A DNA stretch of 64,000 bases from Candidatus Aenigmatarchaeota archaeon (GTDB lineage: Archaea; Aenigmatarchaeota; Aenigmatarchaeia; JACPZZ01). Below are positions 33,667 through 42,589 of the stretch, piece by piece. Position numbers and translations under genes: made by a program. The notes under the pieces are model-generated. The model was not told where the DNA came from and ran no database searches. It saw only the letters and a program-made list of their open reading frames with translations. The stretch is taken from positions 32,949 through 96,948 of the forward strand of contig JAZDLW010000019.1 of the NCBI GenBank assembly GCA_043801595.1, written 5' to 3'. Each line of letters begins with the position of its first letter. Within the stretch, counting starts at the first letter, position 1.

Positions 33667-34886
33667 TATTCATACCTCAATGCTGACATCGGATTCATCT
33701 CGGCAGCCCTTCGCGCAGGAGTCAATCCGGAAACGCAGCCGACTATGAATGAGAATAAAATTGCGCCGATTATCAAGTCGGGCGCTATATACGCCTTCAG
33801 TGTCTCGAATCCGGCGTTCGCAGCAATGGTCTGGACAATCAGACCGATAACTATGCCTATGAATGTTCCAATAGCGCCGCCGGCTGCGCCGAGAATTCCT
33901 GATTCAAACAGGAATATTGCCATGATATCCCGCTCCTTTGCGCCAACAGCCTTCATTATTCCTATATTTCTGGTCTGTTCGAGCACGGACGTGTACATCG
34001 TGTTCATAATTCCAATCCCGCCGACCAGCAGGGATATAGCAGCTATCCCTATCAGGAACAGTTGTACAATGTCAAGTACCACAGTAAAACTTTTTATCAT
34101 CTGCTGCGCCGTCTGTACTGTGAAGTCTTCCTCGCCTTTTTTCAGTCCACGGTCCCTGCGCAACCGGTCGCTGATGTCGTTTGACACCTCGGTTGTGTTA
34201 AAACCCGGCTTGCTGCGCGCGGTTATTGTCGACACTTCATCCCCGATTCCAAAAAGCGTTTTTGCGGTTTCAAGCGATATCATGATCTTCCGGTCGTAAA
34301 TCGGGTTCCCGGATTTCTTTGTTACACCGCTTACGTCGAATTCGAAGCCGTTGATGGTTATTTTGCTTCCAACACCAATCGGCTTTTCAAAAACATTCTT
34401 CGTTAACTCGTAACCGATCACTGCCCTGTTGTTTTGATTATCCGGCGGGTAACTGCCGTCAATCAGTGAAAAATAATCTACGCTGTTCAAATTTTCAACA
34501 GTCTTTGTATCAAACGGAAGCCCGAATACCATCAGGGATTTGGTTTCTCCGCGGAAATCTACATTTGCAGTGATTATTGAAACGCCGATCGCGTAATCAA
34601 CGCCCCTCACTTGGCGTACAATGTCAACGTCGTGCTGGTAAAGCTTGGATGAAAAAAGATCGCCGGTTACCGGCGATGAGTATGAGCCAGAACCTGCGGT
34701 AATGGTTATTCTGTTGCTTCCGATCTTGTTTAACTGATCATTTATTACAGCCTGCATTCCGGCGCTCAGGGATATCAGCGCAACAACTGACGCGATCCCT
34801 ATGAATATTCCCAGCATGGTCAGCCAGGAACGCTTGCTGCTCCTCCGAAGGTTTGTCAGGGCAAGACTGAAAAAATCCATGATCAT
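33666..34886 (-). CDS. ABC transporter permease, MacB/FtsX type (paralog 2)
   Basis: Same architecture as paralog 1, and it shares a 98-nt stretch identical to it. It ends with PARRAAEMNPMSALRYE. The start is at the internal ATG at 34886. Confidence 0.85.
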   Translation of the reverse strand: MIMDFFSLALTNLRRSSKRSWLTMLGIFIGIASVVALISLSAGMQAVINDQLNKIGSNRITITAGSGSYSSPVTGDLFSSKLYQHDVDIVRQVRGVDYAIGVSIITANVDFRGETKSLMVFGLPFDTKTVENLNSVDYFSLIDGSYPPDNQNNRAVIGYELTKNVFEKPIGVGSKITINGFEFDVSGVTKKSGNPIYDRKIMISLETAKTLFGIGDEVSTITARSKPGFNTTEVSNDISDRLRRDRGLKKGEEDFTVQTAQQMIKSFTVVLDIVQLFLIGIAAISLLVGGIGIMNTMYTSVLEQTRNIGIMKAVGAKERDIMAIFLFESGILGAAGGAIGTFIGIVIGLIVQTIAANAGFETLKAYIAPDLIIGAILFSFIVGCVSGLTPARRAAEMNPMSALRYE

Positions 34887-34929
34887 CTTTTTCACGCGTT
34901 TTCGACCGGCTTTTTCCAAAAAGGACCGA

Positions 34930-36147
34930 TCATTTCTTTACGAACTTCTTATACAAGAAATAGAAAGCAATTAATGCGATCGCCGCAATGAGTAATGTTG
35001 ACACGGTGTTCGATGATCTCAGCCCCATCAAATTCAGCTGGCTGGGCGTGTACAGGACGAGACTCAGGTTGCCGGTCTCGGTATAAGGATTGTTGTTACC
35101 ATCCCTGTAGGCAAGGGTTATCGGGACGCTGACGTTACTGGCGCCTTTGTCCACGTACAGATCGAATTTCGCGCTCTGGTAATCGTCAGACTTCAATTCG
35201 CCGATATAGACATAATCTGCAGAGAGGACCTGATATTTGTAACTTTGCCCGATTGTTACTGTAAGGAATTTTATCTTGGTAAGGCCTTTATTGACAATAT
35301 TGACATTGATGCTTCCCTTATCTCCGGGAGATAATATGGTTGAACTTTCTATGTTGCTGATGATCTCGGGCTTTGCGCCCACTATCAATGTTATGGTATC
35401 GGATTTGGTGTAATTTGTTCCGACCTCGTCGTGGTATTTGATTGTCAGCGGAATCTTGTAAGGCTTTGCATCGGCATCGGGGTCTGTGATCACGTCAAAT
35501 GTCACATTTTTTTCCTCGAGCGCATTGACAATGTACATTTTCTTTTCTGTTGCCGAGCCTATTGGCGAGAACGGAACTCCGGAAGCGGTAAGATCGAGTT
35601 TTACGCCAACGTCCTTGAGAACCGAATTAGCGGTATTCTTCAATGAAATCGTGACCTTGCCCGTACCTCCAGGGGGTATCTCGCTGGGTTCGCTGTAAAC
35701 CTTGTCTACCGCTATCACAGCCTCGCTTGTCATGACAAATATTTTCGCAGTAAAATCTTTCGAACCCGTGTCGGTTTTCAATCGTATCTTGAGGTCGTTC
35801 CAACCTTCAACCGTGTTAGCATCAATCCTGATTTTGTAGCTGATTACAAGATCCTGGAAAGACGCTATCTTTGAAAAGAATCTGGTGGAATTCTCGCCTG
35901 CGTCAAGATAGAAAGGATACGAAGGCATCAGTTCCACAATGACATTATCGGCCTGTTCGGTTGCCGCGTTCATGACATCAATCCAAACCTGTACGTATTT
36001 GCCCGGTTCAGCAGGGTAAGGCGTGTATTTTAATGCCGATACATTCAGATTTGCAAAGTTCGCAGTAGCCATTACGCCGTGGGAAAAAAACACTACAAAT
36101 GCAAGGATGGCAATAGGAATAAGCAATGTTTTTTTCAATCTATTCAC
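34930..36147 (-). CDS. Secreted S-layer-domain-like (COG1361/CARDB-like) protein with a C-terminal TM anchor
   Basis: It has a signal peptide (LLIPIAILAFVVFFSHGVMA) and repeated beta-rich modules (YPAEPGKYVQVWIDVMN; PPGGTGKVTISLKNT; SPGDKGSINVNIVNKG). The C-terminal anchor is VSTLLIAAIALIAFYFLYKKF. It is embedded in the ABC operon and overlaps the ATPase gene by 8 nt. Confidence 0.6.
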   Translation of the reverse strand: MNRLKKTLLIPIAILAFVVFFSHGVMATANFANLNVSALKYTPYPAEPGKYVQVWIDVMNAATEQADNVIVELMPSYPFYLDAGENSTRFFSKIASFQDLVISYKIRIDANTVEGWNDLKIRLKTDTGSKDFTAKIFVMTSEAVIAVDKVYSEPSEIPPGGTGKVTISLKNTANSVLKDVGVKLDLTASGVPFSPIGSATEKKMYIVNALEEKNVTFDVITDPDADAKPYKIPLTIKYHDEVGTNYTKSDTITLIVGAKPEIISNIESSTILSPGDKGSINVNIVNKGLTKIKFLTVTIGQSYKYQVLSADYVYIGELKSDDYQSAKFDLYVDKGASNVSVPITLAYRDGNNNPYTETGNLSLVLYTPSQLNLMGLRSSNTVSTLLIAAIALIAFYFLYKKFVKK

Positions 36148-36829
36148 CTACAACGAAACCGTCTTTAAGATGTATCATGCGTTCAGCCTGCTTGGCCACG
36201 TTCATGTCATGGGTAACGATTATAATTGTTTTGTTGTTCTCCCTATTTATCTTTTTAAGAAAATCTATCACAACCCCTCCCATCTTGGAATCGAGATTTC
36301 CGGTCGGCTCGTCGGCGAGTATTATCTCGGGGTCGTTGGCGAGCGCCCGCGAGATTGCAGTTCGCTGTTGTTCGCCTCCGCTTATTTCAGTGGGCTTGAA
36401 GTCAAGCCTTTTTTCAAGGCCGATCATTTCTAACAGTTCCGTCGCTTTTCGTACCCTTTCCAGCTTCGGCACATTCTGGAACATCATCGGGAGCATGACA
36501 TTCTCGATTACTGTCAGGCTAGGGATAAGGTTGAATACCTGGAAAACGAAACCTATTTTCCTTCCCCGCACTTCGGCGAGCCGGTTATCGCTGAGCTTCG
36601 AAACATCCTTATTGCCGAGCATCACCTTTCCGCTTGTGGGCGTGTCAAGACATCCCATTATATGCATGCAGGTTGATTTTCCGCAACCAGAAGGGCCGGT
36701 TATGCTCACAAATTCACCCCTGCGGATTTTTACGTTTATGCCTTTCAGTACAGGCACTTCAAGCTTTCCGAGGTGGTATGTCTTGAAGACGTTTTGAAGT
36801 TCGAGAATGGTCTTTTGCATTTTAAACAC
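36140..36829 (-). CDS. ABC transporter ATP-binding protein (MacB/LolD type)
   Basis: Contains Walker A GPSGCGKST, a Q-loop, the signature ISGGEQQR, Walker B ILADEPTGNLD and the H-loop VTHD. Confidence 0.92.
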   Translation of the reverse strand: MFKMQKTILELQNVFKTYHLGKLEVPVLKGINVKIRRGEFVSITGPSGCGKSTCMHIMGCLDTPTSGKVMLGNKDVSKLSDNRLAEVRGRKIGFVFQVFNLIPSLTVIENVMLPMMFQNVPKLERVRKATELLEMIGLEKRLDFKPTEISGGEQQRTAISRALANDPEIILADEPTGNLDSKMGGVVIDFLKKINRENNKTIIIVTHDMNVAKQAERMIHLKDGFVVGE

Positions 36830-36946
36830 TATAGCCGATTAATATTATTATCTTGCATTTACATCAAATACGCATAACAGACTGCGAGAAATATTCTGTA
36901 AAGGGTTATCGCGCGTTGCAGGAACTTGTTTCTAGAAACTGACTCT

Positions 36947-37381
36947 CTACAATCGTCCGCTTGCTTTGATTTCAGCGAGAATTTGATCAGCGTCAATGCC
37001 CTTTTCGAACTCAATTACGATTTTCTCGGTCAGTTCTTTGATTTTGTCGTCTCGCGGATAGAGTACTGCCCTTTCATAACCACGTTTAGTCGCTTCTATT
37101 TGTATTCCTGCCAGAGCATCTTCGTATGTGTTCAACCCGTCCTTTGATACTATCATCTGGATTTTTGTGCAATATCTTCCTGAGCGGGTTCGTTGGTGCG
37201 GCCTTTTCAAGGCAATATGGTGTCCTTCGTAAATAAGGCCGGGTAGTATGGCGCCGGCTTCCAGTTTTTTCTCTGCGGATAGTATCATCAACGTCGCTTT
37301 TCCCTGCTTAGTTTCGGGATCCACATAACACTTTGCATTGTTCGGAGCAAAACTATCGCATTCAAAATAAACCTTTGCCAT
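36947..37381 (-). CDS. Hypothetical protein (144 aa)
   Basis: An uninterrupted ORF 2 nt downstream of the LAGLIDADG-like ORF. No motif recognised. Confidence 0.4.
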   Translation of the reverse strand: MAKVYFECDSFAPNNAKCYVDPETKQGKATLMILSAEKKLEAGAILPGLIYEGHHIALKRPHQRTRSGRYCTKIQMIVSKDGLNTYEDALAGIQIEATKRGYERAVLYPRDDKIKELTEKIVIEFEKGIDADQILAEIKASGRL

Positions 37382-37383
37382 CT

Positions 37384-37806
37384 TTATAACAAAAGAGAAA
37401 GAGATTTAAGCGCATTATCGTTGCTCTTTGTATAATGTATTTTTGAATTCGAATTTATAGACTCTAAAAACTTTCGTAAATGAGATTTGTCGGAATTCAT
37501 AAGACCGATGGACAAAGATTTGTCTCTCTCAGAAAGGCTGCCATCAGCTGCAATGAATCCTGCCCAATAAGCGGAAGCGGGATTTAGGTTTAAAAAGCAA
37601 TTCTCATTGCAACAAAATTTTCTTTTGAACCTTCCCATGTTTTGTAATTTCATTCCTTGGTTGTGCAGAGTTCCTAGAATGGTATTTCTACCACAATCGA
37701 AGACCAACGCTAATTGCGGAGCGGAAAATTTATTACTTTTGGCTAATTTTATGAGCGATCGAAGCTTCTTTTTGTCAGCAAATTTCTTTGCTCCAAACCC
37801 TTTCAT
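37384..37806 (-). CDS. HTH plus LAGLIDADG-like protein (free-standing homing-endonuclease relic?)
   Basis: AYWAGFIAADGSL matches the LAGLIDADG motif, followed by LSIGL...D...L.KF. The N-terminal SAPQLALVFDCGRNTILGTLHNQG looks like an HTH. At about 75 aa, the domain after the motif is short for a complete endonuclease. Confidence 0.45.
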   Translation of the reverse strand: MKGFGAKKFADKKKLRSLIKLAKSNKFSAPQLALVFDCGRNTILGTLHNQGMKLQNMGRFKRKFCCNENCFLNLNPASAYWAGFIAADGSLSERDKSLSIGLMNSDKSHLRKFLESINSNSKIHYTKSNDNALKSLSLLL

Positions 37807-37870
37807 AAGGCAACATAAAATTTTAACACTAAAAAAGACACATGTTTATACGGTGCCGATAGGATAGTTA

Positions 37871-38359
37871 TTATTCCTTTCCCATATTCTGTCTCTCAAA
37901 ATCTATATGCTTCGAATATTCTTTTTCGAGTGTTTCAACCGTTTTTTTAATTCTTTCATGCTCTTTAATCAAGCCTTCCGGGATTGTCAAATTATTTTTT
38001 TTACAATAATCATAGATAGCCTCGGAAAGTGCGTCTGCGGCTAAAACGGAGCAGTGAATCTTGGTGGCAGGAACTTCGCCCAATTCTCTCAAAACATCTT
38101 CCTTTCCAATCTTCAATGCATCTTCCAGAGTTTTACCTTTAACCATTGCTGTTATCAAACTTGTGTTTGCAATTGCAACAGCACAACCCAGACATTCAAA
38201 TTTCACATCAGAGAGTATTTTGTTATCGTCAACTTTTATATAAATTTTCATTATATCTCCACATTTGATATTGCCAGCTTCACCGACGCCGTCCGCGTTC
38301 TCGATCCTTCCCATATTTTTGGGATTCATGAAATGCTCCATCACTTTTTTTGAATACAT
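37871..38359 (-). CDS. iscU: Fe-S cluster scaffold protein IscU/NifU-like
   Basis: HFMNPKNMGRIENADGVGEAGNIKCGD....I.....I.DVKFECLGCAVAIA....T......KIHCSVLA contains the three conserved Cys of IscU. Confidence 0.88.
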   Translation of the reverse strand: MYSKKVMEHFMNPKNMGRIENADGVGEAGNIKCGDIMKIYIKVDDNKILSDVKFECLGCAVAIANTSLITAMVKGKTLEDALKIGKEDVLRELGEVPATKIHCSVLAADALSEAIYDYCKKNNLTIPEGLIKEHERIKKTVETLEKEYSKHIDFERQNMGKE

Positions 38360-38360
38360 A

Positions 38361-39554
38361 TTACACCTCAAATCCCTTTTTAAACGGCGAAATTCTTCTC
38401 AATCTCTCCACGCATCCTGGCAATACACTCAACAAGTAATCGACATCACTTTCTGCAGTTTCACGCCCGAGAGTCAATCTCAATGAACCGTGCGCTTCCT
38501 CGTGCTTCAGGCCGATCGCGAGCAACACGTGACTGGGTTCAAGCGATTTCGAAGAGCACGCGGATCCGGTTGACGCGGCGATTCCTGCCTCGTCGAGGAG
38601 AATCACAAGCCCCTCACCCTCGATGAATTTGAAACACAGGTTCGCATTGTTTGGAAGACGTTCTGTCGCATGGCCGTTTAACCATGTATTATCGATTTTT
38701 AGTGCGCCCGCTATGAGCTTATCGCGGAGTTTTGCCAGCCTTTTTGCTTCCGCATCCATCTCGACGCATGCGAGTTCTGCAGCTTTGCCGAACCCGATTA
38801 TTCCAGCAACGTTTTCCGTGCCCGACCTTAATCCTGATTCCTGCCCGCCGCCGTGAAACAGCGGATGCATTTTAACGCCTTTTCTTACATACAATGCGCC
38901 GACTCCTTTGGGTCCGTATATTTTGTGGGACGATATGGACAGCAAATCTATATTCATCTTCTTTACGTCAATCGGTATTTTGCCGAATGTCTGGACAGCG
39001 TCTGTGTGAAAAATCACGTTTCGCTCTTTGCAGATTTTCCCGATTTCTCCCACTGGTTCTATTGTCCCGATTTCATTGTTCGCATGCATTATTGACACGA
39101 GTATGGTATCCTTTGTGACGGAATTCTCCAGTTCATCCAGGCTGATTAGTCCGCATTTGTCAACCGGCAGGCGCGTGACAGAGAATCCGTCCTTCTCAAG
39201 AAATTTAGCTGTTTGCAACACGGCGTCATGCTCGATTGAGGACACGATTATGTGGTTTCCCCTGTTTCTGTTTGCATATGCAGTTTCCTGCAATGCGAGG
39301 TTGTCGGCTTCTGTTCCGCCCGATGTGAATATTATTTCGCCCGGCTCGGCGTTTATAACGCCTGCTATAATCTTTCTCGCGTTCTCAACAGCCTCGAAAG
39401 CTTCACGACCGAACGAGTGCAATGAAGACGCGTTGCCGTATTTTTCCGAGAAATAAGGCATCATCCCCTCCAAAACTTCCCTGCGTACCGGTGTTGAAGC
39501 TGCATAGTCCATGTAAACCCTTTTCATAATTTCATCCCATCGTTTGCTATACAA
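38361..39554 (-). CDS. iscS: Cysteine desulfurase IscS/NifS
   Basis: Contains YMDYAASTP, GNASSLHSFG, the PLP lysine context SISSHKIYGPKG, and the active-site loop SSGSACSS. Confidence 0.9.
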   Translation of the reverse strand: MYSKRWDEIMKRVYMDYAASTPVRREVLEGMMPYFSEKYGNASSLHSFGREAFEAVENARKIIAGVINAEPGEIIFTSGGTEADNLALQETAYANRNRGNHIIVSSIEHDAVLQTAKFLEKDGFSVTRLPVDKCGLISLDELENSVTKDTILVSIMHANNEIGTIEPVGEIGKICKERNVIFHTDAVQTFGKIPIDVKKMNIDLLSISSHKIYGPKGVGALYVRKGVKMHPLFHGGGQESGLRSGTENVAGIIGFGKAAELACVEMDAEAKRLAKLRDKLIAGALKIDNTWLNGHATERLPNNANLCFKFIEGEGLVILLDEAGIAASTGSACSSKSLEPSHVLLAIGLKHEEAHGSLRLTLGRETAESDVDYLLSVLPGCVERLRRISPFKKGFEV

Positions 39555-39611
39555 TGTATAGTATCATTGATATCGAAAGAATATTAATAACCACGGATAT
39601 ATAGCTATCTC

Positions 39612-39905
39612 ATGCCTCGATGTTTAAGACGCGGTTGCCCGTTGTTCGGGGAGATCGGTTTTGTAAGCAAGAAATGGTCGTTGCTGATACTAAGGTCACT
39701 TTCGCACGACAAGAAAAGGTTTGTGGACCTTTCCAGAGAGTTAAAAAACATAACTCCGAGGATTCTGGCGCAAAGACTTGAGGAGATGGAAAGCATAGAA
39801 ATAATATCGAAAAAAAGGTTCAGCGAAGCTCCGTCGCGAGTGGAATATTTTCTTACTGCCAAAGGCAAGAAACTTGCAAGATGTTATATGCAAGATTCAC
39901 AATGA
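39612..39905 (+). CDS. HxlR-family winged-helix transcriptional regulator
   Basis: CPLFGEIGFVSKKWSLLILRSL....RF.DL.RELKNITPRILAQRLEEME....I.......PSRVEYFLT.KG matches the HxlR pattern. Confidence 0.8.
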   Translation: MPRCLRRGCPLFGEIGFVSKKWSLLILRSLSHDKKRFVDLSRELKNITPRILAQRLEEMESIEIISKKRFSEAPSRVEYFLTAKGKKLARCYMQDSQ

Positions 39906-39914
39906 GGTTTGGTT

Positions 39915-40883
39915 ATGAGGCTTTCTTTTGTGGGAAATCTTGTCGATTCGGAATTAAGCTGGCTGACAAATACCGCAAAAAAATTTGCAGACGTGACAAA
40001 TGAGGTTTCGATAGAGTTTCACCAAAAACACGAATGGCTGCGCACGCTTCGTGCGCAATCGGAAAAAATAAAGCTTCTTCGCAGCGAGCTGCCTGAATTT
40101 TGCGAGCCGAGCTTCGGATTGCACATACCATGGGAGCCGAAAAAATATTACCGTGTTTTGGACGAAGGCTTTGACGACAAAACCGTTTTGGCGTGGCTAA
40201 AATTCTGCGCTGAAAACAATATTGAACTTGTCAATATGCATCTGGAATGGGGCGACGGTATCGGCAAGCTGGACTGGAGGGACGATGAAAACAAAAGGGA
40301 TAAACAAATAAAAACCGCCGCCGACAACCTGAAAAATATAATATCCTTCGTAGAAGCGAACAATATCAAGCTGTCCATTGAAACGCTGCCGTCGTTTTTG
40401 TATGACGATGTTTCAGGACGCGGGTTTGTCGATTTTCCAGCTTTCCCGACAGATTATTTAAAATTGCGCAAACTGATCGGTTTTGAATTCGGGATAAATC
40501 CGGACGTATCCCACACAGGAATAACGTGGTACAATATCCGGAACAATATCCTTGACGGAATTTACAAATCCGATAGCGAATGGTTCGGCCTGACAATGGA
40601 AGGTTTTTTTGAGAAGTTCATAAAAATGTCAAAACCCAGTTACCAGATACATGTGGCAGATTTTGCAGGAAACCGCAACCCGTCACAGCACGCAATGACG
40701 CTTGGTGAAGGATTTTTAACTGATAAAACGATCAAGACGATAATTAAAAGCATAGACAAAAAAACGGTCGTCGTTCTCGAAATAAAGGAAGACTGGAAGA
40801 CCATGGAGAAAATGCGTTTGGCAGGATATTTACCGAACACGATGAAGTCGCTGGAGAAATTGAAGGAATTTTTGAAGAATTAG
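39915..40883 (+). CDS. Hypothetical protein, possibly a xylose-isomerase-like TIM barrel
   Basis: Alternating beta/alpha character with motifs such as VNMHLEWG, LSIETLP and QIHVADF is reminiscent of the AP-endonuclease-2/sugar-phosphate-isomerase fold. This is a weak call. Confidence 0.3.
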   Translation: MRLSFVGNLVDSELSWLTNTAKKFADVTNEVSIEFHQKHEWLRTLRAQSEKIKLLRSELPEFCEPSFGLHIPWEPKKYYRVLDEGFDDKTVLAWLKFCAENNIELVNMHLEWGDGIGKLDWRDDENKRDKQIKTAADNLKNIISFVEANNIKLSIETLPSFLYDDVSGRGFVDFPAFPTDYLKLRKLIGFEFGINPDVSHTGITWYNIRNNILDGIYKSDSEWFGLTMEGFFEKFIKMSKPSYQIHVADFAGNRNPSQHAMTLGEGFLTDKTIKTIIKSIDKKTVVVLEIKEDWKTMEKMRLAGYLPNTMKSLEKLKEFLKN

Positions 40884-41287
40884 ATCAATGCTTTGTTAAG
40901 CCTTTCTAGGAGCGTATCGACCAGTTCCCGCGAATATGTGCATAGCGGTTCGTCGTTTTCGCGGCCTTTCCTGTACGCACACTCGGCAACTCTGGTATTG
41001 CATATTTTTTCATATCTGAATATAGTTCTCGGTGCACCGGTGACAAGATCATTTTCCTCGAATTCGATTAATTTTAATGATACAGTGCACGTTATAGCTA
41101 TAGGCGGCGCAGAGTTTGCGAGTCCGTAGGAAAATGGCTGCGCGTACGATTCATGATCATGGCGTGATTCGGTTGTCATGCTCTCATCTGGACAGCAAAC
41201 AAATATAAAGTTAAGATTTTTGTTCTGCTTATAAAGCGAGGTTAGGAACCGTTTCCAGAACCGTTGTGACGGTTTATTCGTGTACAC
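40880..41287 (-). CDS. Hypothetical protein (135 aa)
   Basis: ORF only. It is convergent with the previous gene and overlaps it by 4 nt. Confidence 0.3.
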   Translation of the reverse strand: MYTNKPSQRFWKRFLTSLYKQNKNLNFIFVCCPDESMTTESRHDHESYAQPFSYGLANSAPPIAITCTVSLKLIEFEENDLVTGAPRTIFRYEKICNTRVAECAYRKGRENDEPLCTYSRELVDTLLERLNKALI

Positions 41288-41478
41288 TGATGCGATAATG
41301 CAAGAAGCGCCGTGTTCGTTGCCGGCACAAAGAAACCTATTTAAATAGTAGCGTCGAGAGTTATAGAGAAGCCTCCCAAGATAGTTATATTTGGCTGGCG
41401 TTTCAAAGGTTTTGCTCGTGCAAAACTACGCGCGGAAATCAGGATTTTCGCTGTTTTAAAGGCTTATAGAGTGGTCAA

Positions 41479-42120
41479 ATGGCTGAAAGAAGATACGAGG
41501 AAATTGTCCGATTGATGGACACGGATCTAGATGGCAACAGATCGCTCGCAATGGCGCTAAAGGAAATAAAGGGGATAAGTTCGAGGTTAAGCAGGGCTGT
41601 ACTTGTTGTTTCTGGCGTTGATTCCTCGAAGAAACTAAAAGAGATTTCCGAGGATCAAATTAAGAAAATAGAGGAAATAATACGGGAGCCGATCAAGGCC
41701 GGGATCCCTGTTTGGATGCTTAACCGAAGAAAGGACATCGAAACCGGAAACGACATACATCTTGTTTCCAGTGACTTGGATTTTGCGAAAAAAGGCGACA
41801 TAGACAGGATGAAAAAGATAAGGAGCTGGAAGGGTGTAAGGCACACGTTGGGGCAGCCTGTAAGAGGACAAAGCACACGTTCATCGTTCAGGGTATCGGG
41901 AATGGTTATAGGCGTTTCAAGAAAGGCGGCGAAAGCTGCGGCCGCTCCTGCACCTGTGGCTGGCGCAACAACAGCAGAAGCGGTGCCAGCAGCGAAGCCG
42001 GTTGCAGGCGCGAAACCGACGGCTGGCGCAAAACCAGTAGCTGGAGCAAAACCAACAACAGCTAAACCGGAAGCAAAGACTGCTGCCAAACCTGTTGCAA
42101 AACCAGAGGCAAAGAAGTGA
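41479..42120 (+). CDS. rps13: Ribosomal protein S13 (uS13) with an Ala/Lys/Pro-repeat C-terminal tail
   Basis: The core begins IVRLMDTDLDGNRSLAMALKEIKGIS and includes RSWKGVRHTLGQPVRGQSTRS. The tail from about aa 149 is AAKAAAAPAPVAG...AKPVAGAKPTAGAKPVAGAKPTTAKPEAKTAAKPVAKPEAKK. Confidence 0.9.
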   Translation: MAERRYEEIVRLMDTDLDGNRSLAMALKEIKGISSRLSRAVLVVSGVDSSKKLKEISEDQIKKIEEIIREPIKAGIPVWMLNRRKDIETGNDIHLVSSDLDFAKKGDIDRMKKIRSWKGVRHTLGQPVRGQSTRSSFRVSGMVIGVSRKAAKAAAAPAPVAGATTAEAVPAAKPVAGAKPTAGAKPVAGAKPTTAKPEAKTAAKPVAKPEAKK

Positions 42121-42124
42121 TTGA

Positions 42125-42589
42125 ATGAGAAAGATAAGATCCAAAATTAAGCCTGTGCGCGACCATTGGAATGAGGAAAGGATAGCGCTCGAGAAAGGGT
42201 TAATGAAAAAATACGGATTAAAACGCAAAAAAGAGCTGAGGGCTGCCGAGGCAATATTGAGAAGCTTCAGGACTCAGGCGAGAGCACTGCTGGTAAAGGC
42301 TGATGAAAACCGCAAACGCGTACTGTTTGAAAAGTTGCAGGCTCTTAATATTCTTTCAGAACCCATGTTGGATACTGTATTGTCGCTTTCATTGGAAGAC
42401 ATCCTTGAAAGAAGGCTGCAAACCGTGATAAACAAGAAGGGACTGGCAGCCACTGTCAAACAGTCACGCCAGATGATAACGCATGGCAGGATTTACATAA
42501 ATTCGAGGCGAATAACGTTCCCTTCATATCTTGTAAGGAAAGCTGATGAAGAGGGCATTGCGCTCTCGGCAAAGAGTGATGCAAAGTGA
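42125..42589 (+). CDS. rps4: Ribosomal protein S4 (uS4)
   Basis: The N-terminal segment (W..ERI..E..L...YGL....EL) is followed by an S4 RNA-binding domain ([41 protein letters not shown]). Confidence 0.9.
   Translation: MRKIRSKIKPVRDHWNEERIALEKGLMKKYGLKRKKELRAAEAILRSFRTQARALLVKADENRKRVLFEKLQALNILSEPMLDTVLSLSLEDILERRLQTVINKKGLAATVKQSRQMITHGRIYINSRRITFPSYLVRKADEEGIALSAKSDAK

Noticed and set aside
36126-36797. 223-aa + strand ORF (and similarly 33658-34299 on the + strand)
   Set aside because: These are shadow ORFs antisense to the unmistakable ABC ATPase and permease genes. They have a Ser/Pro/Phe-rich low-complexity composition.
36928-36939. 12-nt perfect palindrome GTTTCTAGAAAC upstream of the ABC operon
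   Set aside because: It is a single short palindrome with no second copy in the window. It could be an operator or a chance occurrence, so evidence is insufficient.
41655-42228. 103-144 aa minus-strand ORFs opposite rps13
   Set aside because: They are antisense to the GC-rich Ala/Lys/Pro repeat tail of S13, and are composition artefacts.
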